Positions 52,252-64,000 of a stretch of DNA of 64,000 bases are shown piece by piece. The stretch is taken from NCBI RefSeq assembly GCF_964204645.1, contig NC_134033.1:14764655-14828654 (forward strand), given 5' to 3'. The stretch is from Tubulanus polymorphus (taxonomy: Eukaryota > Animalia > Nemertea). Within the stretch, counting starts at the first letter, position 1; every line of letters begins with the position of its first letter. Position numbers and translations under genes: made by a program. Under the pieces are notes generated by a model. The model had not been told where the DNA came from and searched no databases. It saw only the letters and a program-made list of their open reading frames with translations.

Positions 52252-52998
52252 TTATGGTTTTGCGAGAAAGAACGACTCGCATGAGAACGTTTGGAATCAC
52301 GTTCTCTAATGTTTATCGCTAAAACGGAAATGCATTCACAAATCGTAACTCGCCCAATCGATGTACCATCCTGAAAGTATCAATCCGCGGCCTGATGGAA
52401 CCACCCTTAAGATGACCAGCAGCTGAAATAACCCCCTTCTGAAATTCGCTGATGTAAAGTGGCGAGGATATCAACACTAAATTTGCTTTTATTCGAGGTT
52501 TGTTTTAGTCTTTCATTACATGAAAAGCCTGCAACCAGACCGGGAATAATCGCCTATGACGTTTTATTTCCTATATGTCGATGAAATTCCGCCCTGAAAC
52601 TGAAACGATTCATGTATAGAGTTCCGTTTGCAGTCTTAACGAGACAATTATCACAATTGGGTTTTTGGTAGTTTTTAAAGAGGCCGATGTCAAGAGGCAA
52701 CCTACTACCAGTCGCCACTGCGCGCAAATGGAAATCATTCTGAACTGCCGGGCTTTAAAAAGATGAAATCATCCCAGTCATGTGATACATATCGTACATA
52801 AATATCGTCAATTTAATTCAATAATCGAGTAGTATTTTTCCAATCTTTAGTTGAAATACTGTTCAAAGATATTTAAATGATTATGTAATCTACGTAGTTT
52901 ATTGATTCGAAGAAAAAAGGACACCGTATATATCCGAATCTTCATGAATATAAAACCCAGCAGTCACGTAATCTAGAAATCTAGACTATCGACATCAG

Positions 52999-54138
52999 AT
53001 GGATGATTACACAAATTCAGCAAACCGGCATAACAAAACCAACTTAAAGAATGCGTTCGCAGCAGCCTCCGACATCTTTCATAATATCACTTATAAAGAC
53101 GACGCATTGGTATCGTTGTGTCAAAGGATACAAGCCCGTCCTGCAACACGAAAAAACAAATACAGCGTTTTAATGTACTTGGTTTGGTATCTACCAGCGT
53201 CTCTATTGGGTATAATATTCAACGCATTCACGCTGTTGGTTCTAAAACAATTCAAATCCGATAGTTATTTTCTCATCAAAATTCTCGCTTTAAACGATCT
53301 GTTGTTTATGATCGCTACATTCGTTCTTTATCCGCTGAGAACTGTGTACGTGTACGCCGTATTGGGAGATATTCTGTTTCGTACAAATAATTGGAATTTA
53401 GGCTGGATTTTCATCTCGGTCGCCTTGCCGTTTTTCTACATGTTTCAGATGACACGTAACTGGTGCACTGTACTGCTAAGTCTCGAGCGGTTAATCGTCG
53501 TATTGTTTCCGATAAAATCTCGAATATTTCCCCTGAAGTCCATATCGCTATACGCGATGCTTTTCATATCGCTACTCAGCTTTTGCGGACATTTCGTTTT
53601 GTTTCTGCCCGAATATCCGCTTGGCTTTCTGAACTGCCCCGACTATTGGCCATATGTAACTATACGCAAGAAGTACCGATTCAAATATGGGATTATACAA
53701 TATAAATGGCGTTACGAGATTTCCGAACGTGATTTGTTTCTCTATCTTACCGTCATGTTTCCGATTTGCTTTTTAGTTTTCGTCAATTCCATTCTTATTT
53801 CGCTGACATTTTTCCGACACGTCTTTCGACATTCGGAGCTCGGCGTAGTAAACGACAAATCGGCGAGAAAAGAAATGAAAGTTTTGAGGATGGTTTTATC
53901 CGTAGTTCTGTTGTTCATCATCTGCGAAAGTATCGGTTTCGTCGATCGTCTGAAATACTTTGTCGCAATTCCTGCTCTTAGAAATTCAGGCATAAGGCTG
54001 ATAGCCTTAGGACTTTCTATCGTCGATTCTTCTGTAAACTTTTTCGTGTATTGCGTAACGAATGCAAGGTTCAGAAAGTCGGTTTTTGGTACATTCGCCT
54101 CGCCGCGTCAGGAACCTGAGCAAAAGAGGAAACCCTAA
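52999..54138 (+). CDS. Intronless rhodopsin-class orphan GPCR 'A' (FMRFamide-receptor-like), 379 aa
   Basis: GIIFN, LALND, TRNW..LSLERL, FIICES, DSSVNFFVY..NARFR; shares TRNW, ICE..DR and DSxxNF with the 42340 receptor. Confidence 0.92.
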   Translation: MDDYTNSANRHNKTNLKNAFAAASDIFHNITYKDDALVSLCQRIQARPATRKNKYSVLMYLVWYLPASLLGIIFNAFTLLVLKQFKSDSYFLIKILALNDLLFMIATFVLYPLRTVYVYAVLGDILFRTNNWNLGWIFISVALPFFYMFQMTRNWCTVLLSLERLIVVLFPIKSRIFPLKSISLYAMLFISLLSFCGHFVLFLPEYPLGFLNCPDYWPYVTIRKKYRFKYGIIQYKWRYEISERDLFLYLTVMFPICFLVFVNSILISLTFFRHVFRHSELGVVNDKSARKEMKVLRMVLSVVLLFIICESIGFVDRLKYFVAIPALRNSGIRLIALGLSIVDSSVNFFVYCVTNARFRKSVFGTFASPRQEPEQKRKP

Positions 54139-55454
54139 AATGAGCACAGCGCGCACGTAGTGACGACTTCGAAATATGACGCCCTTCATAGAAAACACAC
54201 TTCGTCTCTTTGTACGTGTCATGAACCACAACTGAAATAAGATCTACTCCCTAAATCAAACCAATATCAAAATATAATTCAAGGATATTGATATTTACCA
54301 AAGAAGTCAATTAAACTAGCTTTTGAGTGTTGGTTCTTGACCATCTCAACTTCAAAATTGTACCTGGTGGGAACTTAAGGTTAACGTTGAAAAGACCAAG
54401 ATTATCATTTTTAGAACAATGGGGTGTAGGAAGCTCAACGTTTTCGTGTGGGTTATCAAAATGTAGATGAAGAAGTTGATTATCAATATGATGTTATTAA
54501 GTTTAAACAAAATGAAGTTTCTTTGAAGGCAAAATAACTGTTAGTAAACAAGGCAAAATGCGCATAGATAAAGTCTGGTATTTGAGAATATATTCCCTAG
54601 ACCCACCATTAGATTACCAGTTTGAATAATTCGATCAGACGATCAATTTGGGAATAATGTTGAACAACGCAAAAATATGCTCTAATCGGCCACATGTTCT
54701 GTTAATTGATTATTGGTTTTAATTCAGAGTTCTCATAACATGTATATACACAACCGAAGACTCTTCAGATACAATTTATCCCTTACAATATTTTCTTTTG
54801 AATACCGTGTACCGATAACTGCGTACTCAAAGACAGATTGTGTAGCTCTCGAAAACCTGATCGTTGAGGATAAGAGCGCGTAGGAACAATAGCGTCATCA
54901 ATAGAAAACATCGTTGACGAAGAAAGCGTAGTACTTGTTTCAAGAGGGTAAGCGGGATATGATTATTATAGATACGAACGATTCACCAGGGATCAGTGGA
55001 AAGTTCCACAAGCTCCACTCTGCAGATAGACAATTAGTCCAGCAAAACAACCAGTTAAATAGAAGTAAGTTTTCTATTTATTATTTTTTTTATTAAAGCA
55101 TCTCCTGGGCATGTGTGTGTAAACATTAAAATGCACCCAGTAATATTCAACATAGAAAAATAATTCTTTTTTTTCATTACTAGTAAAGCTGCTTTCGAGG
55201 TTTATTCCGAGTTTGCTCGAAGTAAAATTCGAAAATGATATTTCAGTTGAAAAAGAAGTTTGCATATTTGCTAACAACGATGTCATCATTTTCCGATATG
55301 ATGGCAGCCTTGTTTCTCGATTCAGTCCAGACATAGAAATCCTAGGCTACCGATGCGTTGCATCGATCTGTAACTTGGAAATATTATTAATATAATACGA
55401 GTCGTTTTATGCATCGATATTTTCATTCATTTGTTCGCTTGTCCATCTTTGTAG

Positions 55455-55642
55455 ATGACGCCGAAATTCGCCAGTGCCTTCCTTGTAGTCGCGTTACTCG
55501 TTAGCGTGACCATTCTTGTTCCGACGCCAGTGACTTCTGATTGACCGGCTATTGCGTCAACTGCGAGAAACAATGTTCGGTTCAATTCGAGGAGTGTTGC
55601 AATGACCCGTCTAGTTGCATTCAGGTTCCTCCTTGTCTGTGA
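55455..55642 (+). pseudogene. Frameshifted copy of the 8-Cys peptide gene
   Basis: 26 nt (ggccgggcagcaatgtgccaatcgaa) of the 60046 copy replaced by ttct (net -22), removing Cys1 and giving VTSD* right after the signal peptide; rest nearly identical. Confidence 0.9.
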
Positions 55643-56338
55643 AATGCTATCGATATCGTGTATTCGCTGAATTCGATGAATTATCGATATTCTAAGCATA
55701 AACGTATGAATTAGTTCTACGTATAATAAAGAATTCACAAAAATAAAATGTCCTTCGTCGATCTTACGTATGTTGTTATGATCAGGGAGGTGGGTTCACT
55801 CCCACCTCTCTGTTATGATTGACCTTTCATCCGTATCAACATACATATATATTATGTATTTTTCGTATCAAGCATTACTGGAATTCTATGGTCCATCATC
55901 CAGGAGCGTCGTTCATCCTTGGGGTTCGAGGATTGTCAGTACGATTGAATATCAATAGTGAAATAAAATGATTACTCGCGAAAATGAAATAAAACAGAAT
56001 TGAAATGGAATTTTGCTCAGGGATATTCAATATAACGTGTAAACTACATTGTGGAAATAGCTTTTGATGTGACTTCTGTATTCCGAAAGTGGAATTCATT
56101 CAACTAGTATTGCCTGACTATCTCGGAGGCCTTTCTTTGCTTTTCCAACAATGGCTAGGCATACGTACACGGAGGAATCCTATGGAAATATACGAGTTGG
56201 CCTATATGTCTCTTGTTCCCACTTCCTTGAAATTACCGAGCTACGCCATGGCGCTTGATGCTGTGTAAGCGTTCTTGAAATCACAGAGCAGTGGAACAGA
56301 TGCAAGAATAGTTCGCACAGTTACCGGTACCTGTAATC

Positions 56339-57565
56339 ATGGATAACTTGACGAACTTCACTACTACAACTTTTCGGGTTTATACTGTTGCAGAAAGACC
56401 TCGAAATATCTTCTATCCATTCGCCAGATTTGTGATCCGTATGGATTACTACTATATAACGCCAATCATTCACTTGTTAGTCTATCCGCTGGGCTGCGCG
56501 TTTAACTGGTTTACTATCATTTTGTTGCTTAAGTGTCGTAGATTTCAATCGGTTCGTTACACATTTCCTTATCTAATGACTCTCGCTGTTTCAGATCAAC
56601 TCGTCGTATTGTTTGGTTTGTCCAGGTTTTCAGATTGGATGCGACACCTACTGAAAACGATTGGACTCGTTCCGAGGGACTGCGGTGGTCAAATGATTTA
56701 TCTTCATCAACGAAACAAATGTCCTATACTTTACAATTTTTGGTACTATTTTTCCTATCTTCCACAAAGATGGATCCCTATCTGTTTACTAAAATCACTA
56801 TTCTACAACCAGTCAATATCTATATCTAACTACATAGTTGTTGTAATTGCTATTGAAAGATTCGTTTCTATTCGTTTCCCTTTCTTTCACATGAGACATT
56901 TCACAGTCACCAAACGTAGAATAGCTGTATGTGTTGTGTTAATGGTTTCATATATAATTAATTGGCATGACACTATTAGATACAATGTCGTTATTGTCGT
57001 CAATAGAGGAGGATATAACGAAACATTAGGTTTCATTATGTGCAGCACCACCCAATGGATGCGGATTACCCGTTCTCAGGAAGGAATGATTAAAACTGTT
57101 CAATCATTCTTTCAGAACATACTGCCATCATTCTTGATCGCCATAGTATCAGTTCTAACTGCTGTATCACGTGCTAGGAAGTCGAGAGTCCTGATCGAAA
57201 CGAGAACAGATCGTAATAAATCTTCAGCCAGTAAAACTCTTGTTGTTGTAGTAATTATGTATATGTTACTGGTGTTACCAAATTCGATGTGTACCTTAAT
57301 GGGCAACTTCAACGAATTCATTATGGATACTCTCTGGATCAATCGGGGCATACCGCTTTACTCGGTTCTATCTCGCACCAGCTATTACGTTCTCAGAAAT
57401 TTCGCGTACGATTTAGGTCGATTATTTAAAATACTTCGTGAATCCGTATATTGCATTAATTTCTTTATATATTTGGGGACACTGGGCGTTTTCAGGAGAC
57501 AATTCACCACATTTTTCACCGGTAATTTTTGTTTAAAAAAATCGAAATCAAAACCGAATGAATGA
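56339..57565 (+). CDS. Intronless rhodopsin-class orphan GPCR 'B1', 408 aa
   Basis: PLGCAFN, LAVSD, IAIERFVSIRFP, MLLVLP, CINFFIYL..FRRQF; long ECL1 and ECL3. Confidence 0.92.
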   Translation: MDNLTNFTTTTFRVYTVAERPRNIFYPFARFVIRMDYYYITPIIHLLVYPLGCAFNWFTIILLLKCRRFQSVRYTFPYLMTLAVSDQLVVLFGLSRFSDWMRHLLKTIGLVPRDCGGQMIYLHQRNKCPILYNFWYYFSYLPQRWIPICLLKSLFYNQSISISNYIVVVIAIERFVSIRFPFFHMRHFTVTKRRIAVCVVLMVSYIINWHDTIRYNVVIVVNRGGYNETLGFIMCSTTQWMRITRSQEGMIKTVQSFFQNILPSFLIAIVSVLTAVSRARKSRVLIETRTDRNKSSASKTLVVVVIMYMLLVLPNSMCTLMGNFNEFIMDTLWINRGIPLYSVLSRTSYYVLRNFAYDLGRLFKILRESVYCINFFIYLGTLGVFRRQFTTFFTGNFCLKKSKSKPNE

Positions 57566-58086
57566 AGACGCGTTGAAGTGGAATACCCACAATTACGAAG
57601 AAATGATAAAGAGAGTAGTGACGTTTCAAATAAATTCTAGGGAAAGATTTTCAAAACAAAGAGAGAAGTTACGTTTCAATTGAATTCTAGGGAAAGATTT
57701 TCAAAACTAAGAGAGAAGTGACGTTTTTGACTTCATCAGTCATGGAGTTGGTCTATTTCTTGCCAATGGGTATGGTATCACATATATCTGTTTGACCAAT
57801 TCTATGGCTGTCAATCACCCACGTAAGTCTGGCTTTGCTTGACATTTGACGTCCATTATGACGTATGTGTGTCGTAGAGCTTACACGTAACGTGCATAGC
57901 AATATAGAGAATGCGTGCCTTGTATTAGAATCTATCGCACTACTTTGATCGAATGATCCTTGAATTCTTTTGACAAGTTTATACGCGACTAATTCTTTAA
58001 GCAGATTGTATCGGCACATTACTGCGTGACGTTTTAACCTTGTGTCTTATTGACTGAGCAATGCTTTTGGTTAAAACAAAGTTTTT

Positions 58087-58468
58087 TACAGTGCCGGTAC
58101 CGATATCCCGGTCAATCATATTCAGAGTGCCGATAAAACAAAATGGCGGCTTTTTCAACGGTAGAAAATTAGGGTTTAGTGTCTAGAGGGTGAGAAAAGG
58201 GTCCAGGGGTTAGGGCTAGGATTGGGATAAGGTTTAGGTTAAGGATTAGAGTTAGTCTTTGCATTATACTAGGATAAGGCTAAAACTATTTGAAAATGCT
58301 GGGATTCGTCAGGTGCCCCGATGGCTCAAGAGGATAGAACTCTGCGCTAGTATAACATATGCTTGCGTGTTCGAGTCCCAAATTTCGTGCTTTTGTTACT
58401 TAGATTTTCTAAGTACAGCGTTGCCGGCACTGTATAAATGATGATCGGAGTACTTTACCAGCACTGTA
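58087..58468. mobile_element. TA-flanked MITE with degenerate TTAGGG-like internal tract
   Basis: TA|CAGTGCCGGTA...TACCAGCACTG|TA; internal ttagggtttag..gggttagggctaggattggg..tttaggttaaggattagagttag. Confidence 0.7.
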
Positions 58469-58514
58469 GGCACGGCGTTTTCTAAAATGGCGGTTCTGCG
58501 CGCGTCATCAACTT

Positions 58515-58728
58515 CGAAAGTATCGGTTTCGTCGATTGTCTGAAATACTTTGTCGCAATTCCTGCTCTTAGAAATTCAGGCATAAGGCTGATAGCCTTAG
58601 GACTTTCTATCGTCGATTCTTCTGTAAACTTTTTCGTGTATTGCGTAACGAATGCAAGGTTCAGAAAGTCAGTTTTTGGTACATTCGCCTCGCCGCGTCA
58701 GGAACCTGAGAAAAAGAAGAAACCCTAA
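58515..58728 (+). pseudogene. 3' fragment (end of TM6 to stop) of GPCR-A carried by the duplication
   Basis: Near-identical to 53925-54138, with no upstream coding part. Confidence 0.92.
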
Positions 58729-60045
58729 AATGAGCACAGCGCGCACGTAGTGACGGTTTCGAAATATGACGCCCTTCATAGAAAACACACTTCGTCTTTT
58801 TGTACGTGTCGTGAACCACAACTGAAATAAGATCTACTCCCTAACGAGCTAACCAATTTCAAAATATAATTCAAGGATATTGATATTTACCAAAGAAGTC
58901 AACTAAACTAGCTTTTGAATGTTGGTTCTTGACCATCTCAACTTCAAAATTGTACCTGGTGGGAACTTAAGGTTAACGTTGAAAAGACCAAGATTATCAT
59001 TTTTAGAACAATGGGGTGTAGGAAGCTCAACGTTTTCGTGTGGGTTATCAAAATGTAGATGAAGAAGTAGATTATCAATATGATGTTATTAAGTTTAAAC
59101 AAAATGAAGTTTCTGTGAAGGCAAATTACTGTTAGCAAACAAGGCAAAATGCGCATAGATAAAGTCTGGTATTTGAGAATATATTCCCTAGACCGACCAT
59201 TAGATTGCCAGAGTTTGAATAATTCGATCAAACGATCAATTTGGGAATAATGTTGAACAACGCCAAAATATGCCCTAATCGGGCACATGTTCTGTTAATT
59301 GATTATTGGTTTTAATTCAAAGTTCTCATTACATGTATATACACAACCGAAGACTCTTCAGATACAATTTATCCCTTACAATATTTTCTTTTGAATACCG
59401 TGCACCGATAACTGCGTACTCAAAGACAGATTGTGTAGCTCTCGAAAACCTGATCGTTGAGGATAAGAGCGCGTAGGAACAATAGCGTCATCAATAGAAA
59501 ACATCGTTGACGAAGGAAACGAAGTGCTTGTTTCAAGAGAGTAAGCGGGATATGATTATTATAAATACGAACGATTCAGGGATCAGTGGAAAAGAAGTTC
59601 CACAAGCTCCACTCTACAGATAGACAATTAGTCCAGCAAAACAACCAGTTAAATAGAAGTAAGTTTTCTATTTATTATTTTTTTTATTAACGCATCTCCT
59701 TGGCATGTGTGTGTAAACATTAAAATGCACCCAGTAATATCCAACATAGAAAAATTCTTTTTTTCATTACTAGTAAAGCTGCTTTCGAGGTTTATTCCGA
59801 GTTTGCCCGAAGTAAAATTCGAAAATTGATATTTCAGTTGAAAAAGAAGTTTGCATATTTGCTAACAACGATGTCATCATTTTCCGATATGATGGCAGCC
59901 TTGTTTCTCGATTCAGTCGAGACATAGAAATTCTAGGCCGTCAATGCGTTGCGTCGATCTGTAACTTGGAAATATTATTGATATAATACAAGTCGTTTTA
60001 TGCATCGATATATTTATTCCTTTGTTCGCTTGTCCATCTTTGTAG

Positions 60046-60255
60046 ATGACGCCGAAATTCGCCAGTGCCTTCCTTGTAGTCGCGTTACTGGTTAGCGTGA
60101 CCATTCTTGTTCCGACGCCAGTGACGGCCGGGCAGCAATGTGCCAATCGAAGATTGACCGGCTATTGCGTCAACTGCGAGAAACAATGTTCGGTTCAATT
60201 CGAGGAGTGTTGCAATGACCCGTCTAGTTGCATTCAGGTTCCTCCTTGTCTGTGA
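60046..60255 (+). CDS. Secreted 8-Cys peptide precursor (69 aa)
   Basis: Signal MTPKFASAFLVVALLVSVTILVPTPVTA + GQQCANRRLTGYCVNCEKQCSVQFEECCNDPSSCIQVPPCL; TATAAATA at 59560, donor gtaagt at 59659, acceptor tttgtag|ATG, AATAAA at ~60338. Confidence 0.9.
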   Translation: MTPKFASAFLVVALLVSVTILVPTPVTAGQQCANRRLTGYCVNCEKQCSVQFEECCNDPSSCIQVPPCL

Positions 60256-60917
60256 AATGCTATCGATATCGTGTATTCGCTGAATTCGATGAATTATCGA
60301 TATTCTAAGCATAAATGTATGAATCAGTTCTACGTATAATAAAGAATTTATAAAAACAAAATGTCCTTTTTGTGGATCTTATACGTATGTTGTTATGATT
60401 GAGCTTGCATCCGGCGTATCAAGAATGACTCGATTTCTGCGTATATCGTCCAGATGGGTCTATTATCCTATAGGTTTGATAGTCTTTATGCTTTTCTGAT
60501 TAAATTTACTTTCGAGGATTCTCTGGACGTTTGAATATCAATAGTGAAATAAAATGATTACTCGCGAAAATGAAATAAAACAGAATTGAAATGGAATTTT
60601 GCTCTGGGATATTCAATATAACGTGTAAACTACGATGTAAAAATAGCTTTTGATGTGACTTCTGTATTCCAAAAGTGGAATTCGTTCATCTAGTTGTGCC
60701 TGATTATGTCAGAGGTCCCCTTGCTTTCCTTTCAACAATGTCTAGGGGCACACGTACACAGTGGAATCCTATGAATATACGCATACATGTCTCTTGTTCC
60801 CACTCCCTAAAAAATGATCACACCAAGCTATGCCATGGCGCTGATGTTGTGTAAGCGTTTTTTAAATTACAGAGCAGTAACAGGGAGCGGAGGCAAGAAT
60901 AGTTCGCGCAGTCACCA

Positions 60918-62153
60918 ATGCCTGTAATCATGGATAATTTGACGAACTTCGCTACTACAACTACTCGAGTTTATACCGTTGCAGAAAGACCTCGAAATAT
61001 CTTCTATCCATTCGCCAGCTTTGCGTTTCGTATGGAATACTATGTAGCGCGGATCATTCACTTGTTAGTCTATCCGCTGGGCTGCGCGTTTAACTGGTTA
61101 ACTATCATTTTGTTGCTTAAGTGTCGTAGATTTCAATCGGTTCGTTACACATTTCCTTATCTTATGACTCTCGCTGTTTCCGATCAACTCGTCGTATTGT
61201 TTGGTATGTCTTGGTTTCCAGGTTGGATGAGAGGCCTACTCGTCGATATTGGACTCATTCCGAGGGAATGCAGTGGTTTCATGATTCATCTTCAACAACG
61301 AAACCAATGTCCACTACTTTACAATTTTTGGTACTATTTTTCCTATCTTCCACGAAGATGGATCCCTATCTGTTTACTAAAATCACTATTCTACAACCAG
61401 TCAATATCTATATCTAACTACATAGTTGTTGTAATTGCTATTGAAAGATTCGTTTCTATTCGTTTCCCTTTCTTTCACATGAGACATTTCACTGTCACCA
61501 AACGTAGAATAGCTGTATGTGTTGTGTTACTGGTTTCATATATAATTAATTGGTATAACACTATTAGATACAATGTCGTCACTGTCAGCAACTATCGCAG
61601 ATTTAACGAAACATTAGGTTTCATTACGTGCAGTGGACCCCAATGGATGCGGATTACCCGCGCTCAGAGGGGAATGATTGAAACTGTTAAAGTGTTCTTT
61701 CAAAACATACTGCCGTCATTCTTGATCGCCGTAGTATCAGTTCTAACTGCTGTATCACGTGCTAGGAAGTCGAGAGGCCTGATCGAAACGAGAACAGATC
61801 GTCATAAATCTTCAGCCAGTAAAACTCTTCTTGTTGTAGTAATTATGTATATGTTACTGGTTTTACCAAATTCGATGTGCGCTTTAATGGCCAACTTTAA
61901 CGAATTCCTTATAGATACTCTCTGGCTCAATCGGGGTATACCACTTTTCTCGGTTCTATCTAACACCAGCTATTACGTTCTCAGAAATTTCGCGGTGGAT
62001 TTAGGTCGATTCTTTAAAATACTTCGTGAATCCGTATATTGCATCAATTTTTTTATATATTTGGGGACACTGGACGTTTTCAGGAGACAATTCACCACAT
62101 TTTTCACCGGTATTTTTTGTAGAAAAAAAATCGAAACCCAACTGAATGAATGA
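60918..62153 (+). CDS. Intronless rhodopsin-class orphan GPCR 'B2', 407-411 aa
   Basis: Paralog of 56339-57565 with intact ORF; the start equivalent to B1 is ATG 60930. Confidence 0.92.
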   Translation: MPVIMDNLTNFATTTTRVYTVAERPRNIFYPFASFAFRMEYYVARIIHLLVYPLGCAFNWLTIILLLKCRRFQSVRYTFPYLMTLAVSDQLVVLFGMSWFPGWMRGLLVDIGLIPRECSGFMIHLQQRNQCPLLYNFWYYFSYLPRRWIPICLLKSLFYNQSISISNYIVVVIAIERFVSIRFPFFHMRHFTVTKRRIAVCVVLLVSYIINWYNTIRYNVVTVSNYRRFNETLGFITCSGPQWMRITRAQRGMIETVKVFFQNILPSFLIAVVSVLTAVSRARKSRGLIETRTDRHKSSASKTLLVVVIMYMLLVLPNSMCALMANFNEFLIDTLWLNRGIPLFSVLSNTSYYVLRNFAVDLGRFFKILRESVYCINFFIYLGTLDVFRRQFTTFFTGIFCRKKIETQLNE

Positions 62154-62961
62154 AGACGCGTTGAAGTGGAACACCCACAATTACGAAAAAATGATAAAGA
62201 GAGTAGTGACGTTTCAGCTATATTCTACGGAAGATTTTCAAAACTATAAAAGCAGTGAAGTTTCAATTACATTCTAAGAAAAATATTTTAAAAACTAAGA
62301 GAGAAGTGACGTTTTTGACTTAATCCGTCATGGAGTTGGTCTATTACTGGCCAATGGGTATGGTATCATGTATATTATGTTTGACCAATTCTATGGCTGT
62401 CAATCATCCACGCAAGTCTGGCTTTGCCTGACATTTGACGTCCATTATGACGTATGTGAGCTTACACGTAACGTGCTTAGCAATATAGAGAATGTGTGTC
62501 TTATATTAATATTAACATCTATCGGACTACTTTGATCGAATGATATGGAAATTGACCAAACAAGTCAATTAAACTATCTTTTGAATGTTGGTTCTTGACT
62601 ATCTCAACTTGTTAGACATACGAAGATTATCGTTTTTAGAATAGTGGGGTGTAGGAAGCTCAACGTTTTCGTGTGGGTTATCAAAATGTAGATGAAGAAG
62701 TAGATTATCAATATGATGTTATTAAGAATAAACAAAATGAAGTTTCTGTGAAGGCAAAATAACTGTTAGTAAACAAGGCAAAATGTGCAAAGATAAAGTC
62801 TGGTATTTGAGAATATATTCCCTAGACCGACCATTAGATTGCCAGTTTGAATAATTCGATCAGACGATCAATTTGAGAATATTGTTGAACAACGCAAAAA
62901 TATGCCCTAATCGGCCACATGTTCTGTTAACTGATTATTGGTTTTAATTCAAAGTTCTCAT

Positions 62962-63095
<134 letters not shown>

Positions 63096-63776
63096 ACCGA
63101 AGACTCTTCAGATACAATTTATCCGTTACAATATTTTCTTTTGAATACCGTGCACCGATAACTGCATACTCGAAGACGGATTGTGTAGCTCTCGAAAACC
63201 TGATCGTTGAGGATAAGAGCGCGTAGGAACAAGTGTCATCAACAGGACGAAGAAAACGAAGTGCTTGTTTCAAGAGGGTGATATGATTATCATAAATACG
63301 AACGTACACCAGGGATCAGTGGAAAAGAAGTTCCACAAGCTCCACTCTACAGATTGACATTTAGTCCAGCAAAGCAACCAGTTAAATAGAGGTAAGTTTT
63401 CTATTTATTTATTTTTTAATCAAAGCATCTCCTGGGCATGTGTGTGTAAACATTAAAATGCACCCAGTAATATTCAACATGGAAAAACCCTTTTTTTCAT
63501 TACTAGTAAAGCTGCTTCGAGGTTTATTCCGAGTTTGCTCGAAGTAAAATTCGAAAATGATATTTCAGTTGAAAAAGAAGTTTGCATATTTGCTAACAAC
63601 GATGTCATCATTTTCCGATATGATGGCAGCCTTGTTTCTCGATTCAGTCCAGACATAGAAATCCTAGGCCACCAATGCGTTGCGTCGATCTGTAACTTGG
63701 AAATATTATTAATATAATACGAGTCGTTTTATGCATCGATATTTTCATTCATTTGTTCGCTTGTTCATCTTTGTAG

Positions 63777-63986
63777 ATGACGCCGAAATTCGCCAGTGCC
63801 TTCCTTGTAGTCGCGTTACTGGTTAGCGTGACCATTCTTGTTCCGACGCCAGTGACGGCCGGGCAGCAATGTGCCATACGGAGATTGACCGGCTTTTGCG
63901 TCAACTGCGAGAAACAATGTTCGGTTCAATTCGAGGAGTGTTGCAATGACCCGTCTAGTTGCATTCAGGTTCCTCCTTGTCTGTGA
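63777..63986 (+). CDS. Secreted 8-Cys peptide precursor (69 aa), third cassette copy
   Basis: Identical protein to 60046 except N>I and Y>F between Cys1 and Cys2; same 5'UTR intron (donor 63392, acceptor at ATG). Confidence 0.9.
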   Translation: MTPKFASAFLVVALLVSVTILVPTPVTAGQQCAIRRLTGFCVNCEKQCSVQFEECCNDPSSCIQVPPCL

Positions 63987-64000
63987 AATGCTATCGATAT

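Noticed and set aside
58169-58256. Telomere or interstitial telomeric array
   Set aside because: Too degenerate and enclosed within MITE TIRs.
60046-60255. Assignment of the 8-Cys peptide to trissin, eclosion hormone, CHH/ITP, insulin or nemertean neurotoxin B
   Set aside because: Cys number or spacing does not match these families as I recall them; left unassigned pending a profile search.

Overview
AT-rich animal genomic DNA with GT-AG spliceosomal introns. The gene content (expanded intronless FMRFamide-receptor-like GPCRs, astacin-EGF-CUB gene, Dispatched-like gene) suggests a marine invertebrate, probably a lophotrochozoan; this is inference. No prokaryotic features or CRISPR array. Layout: (1) 1-12 kb is mostly non-coding, with a SINE, a LINE remnant, MITEs and a 136-bp tandem array. 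(2) A 9-exon Dispatched-like gene (minus) and an intron-containing tRNA-Tyr. (3) A cluster of five same-strand secreted low-complexity Gly/Tyr/His/Met-rich coding units (20.2-29.6 kb). (4) A 10-exon cyclin B3 (minus) with MITE stacks and a minisatellite in its introns. (5) A signalling-like locus at 42-64 kb: an orphan GPCR; a catalytically dead astacin-EGF-CUB-Ly6/uPAR GPI-type gene that the ORF track shows only as fragments; four copies of an 8-Cys secreted peptide (one pseudogene); and a tandem [peptide + GPCR] cassette whose receptor copies diverge mainly extracellularly while the peptide copies differ only in one loop. This candidate co-duplicating ligand-receptor system is the main find. 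All exon models and counts were made by eye.
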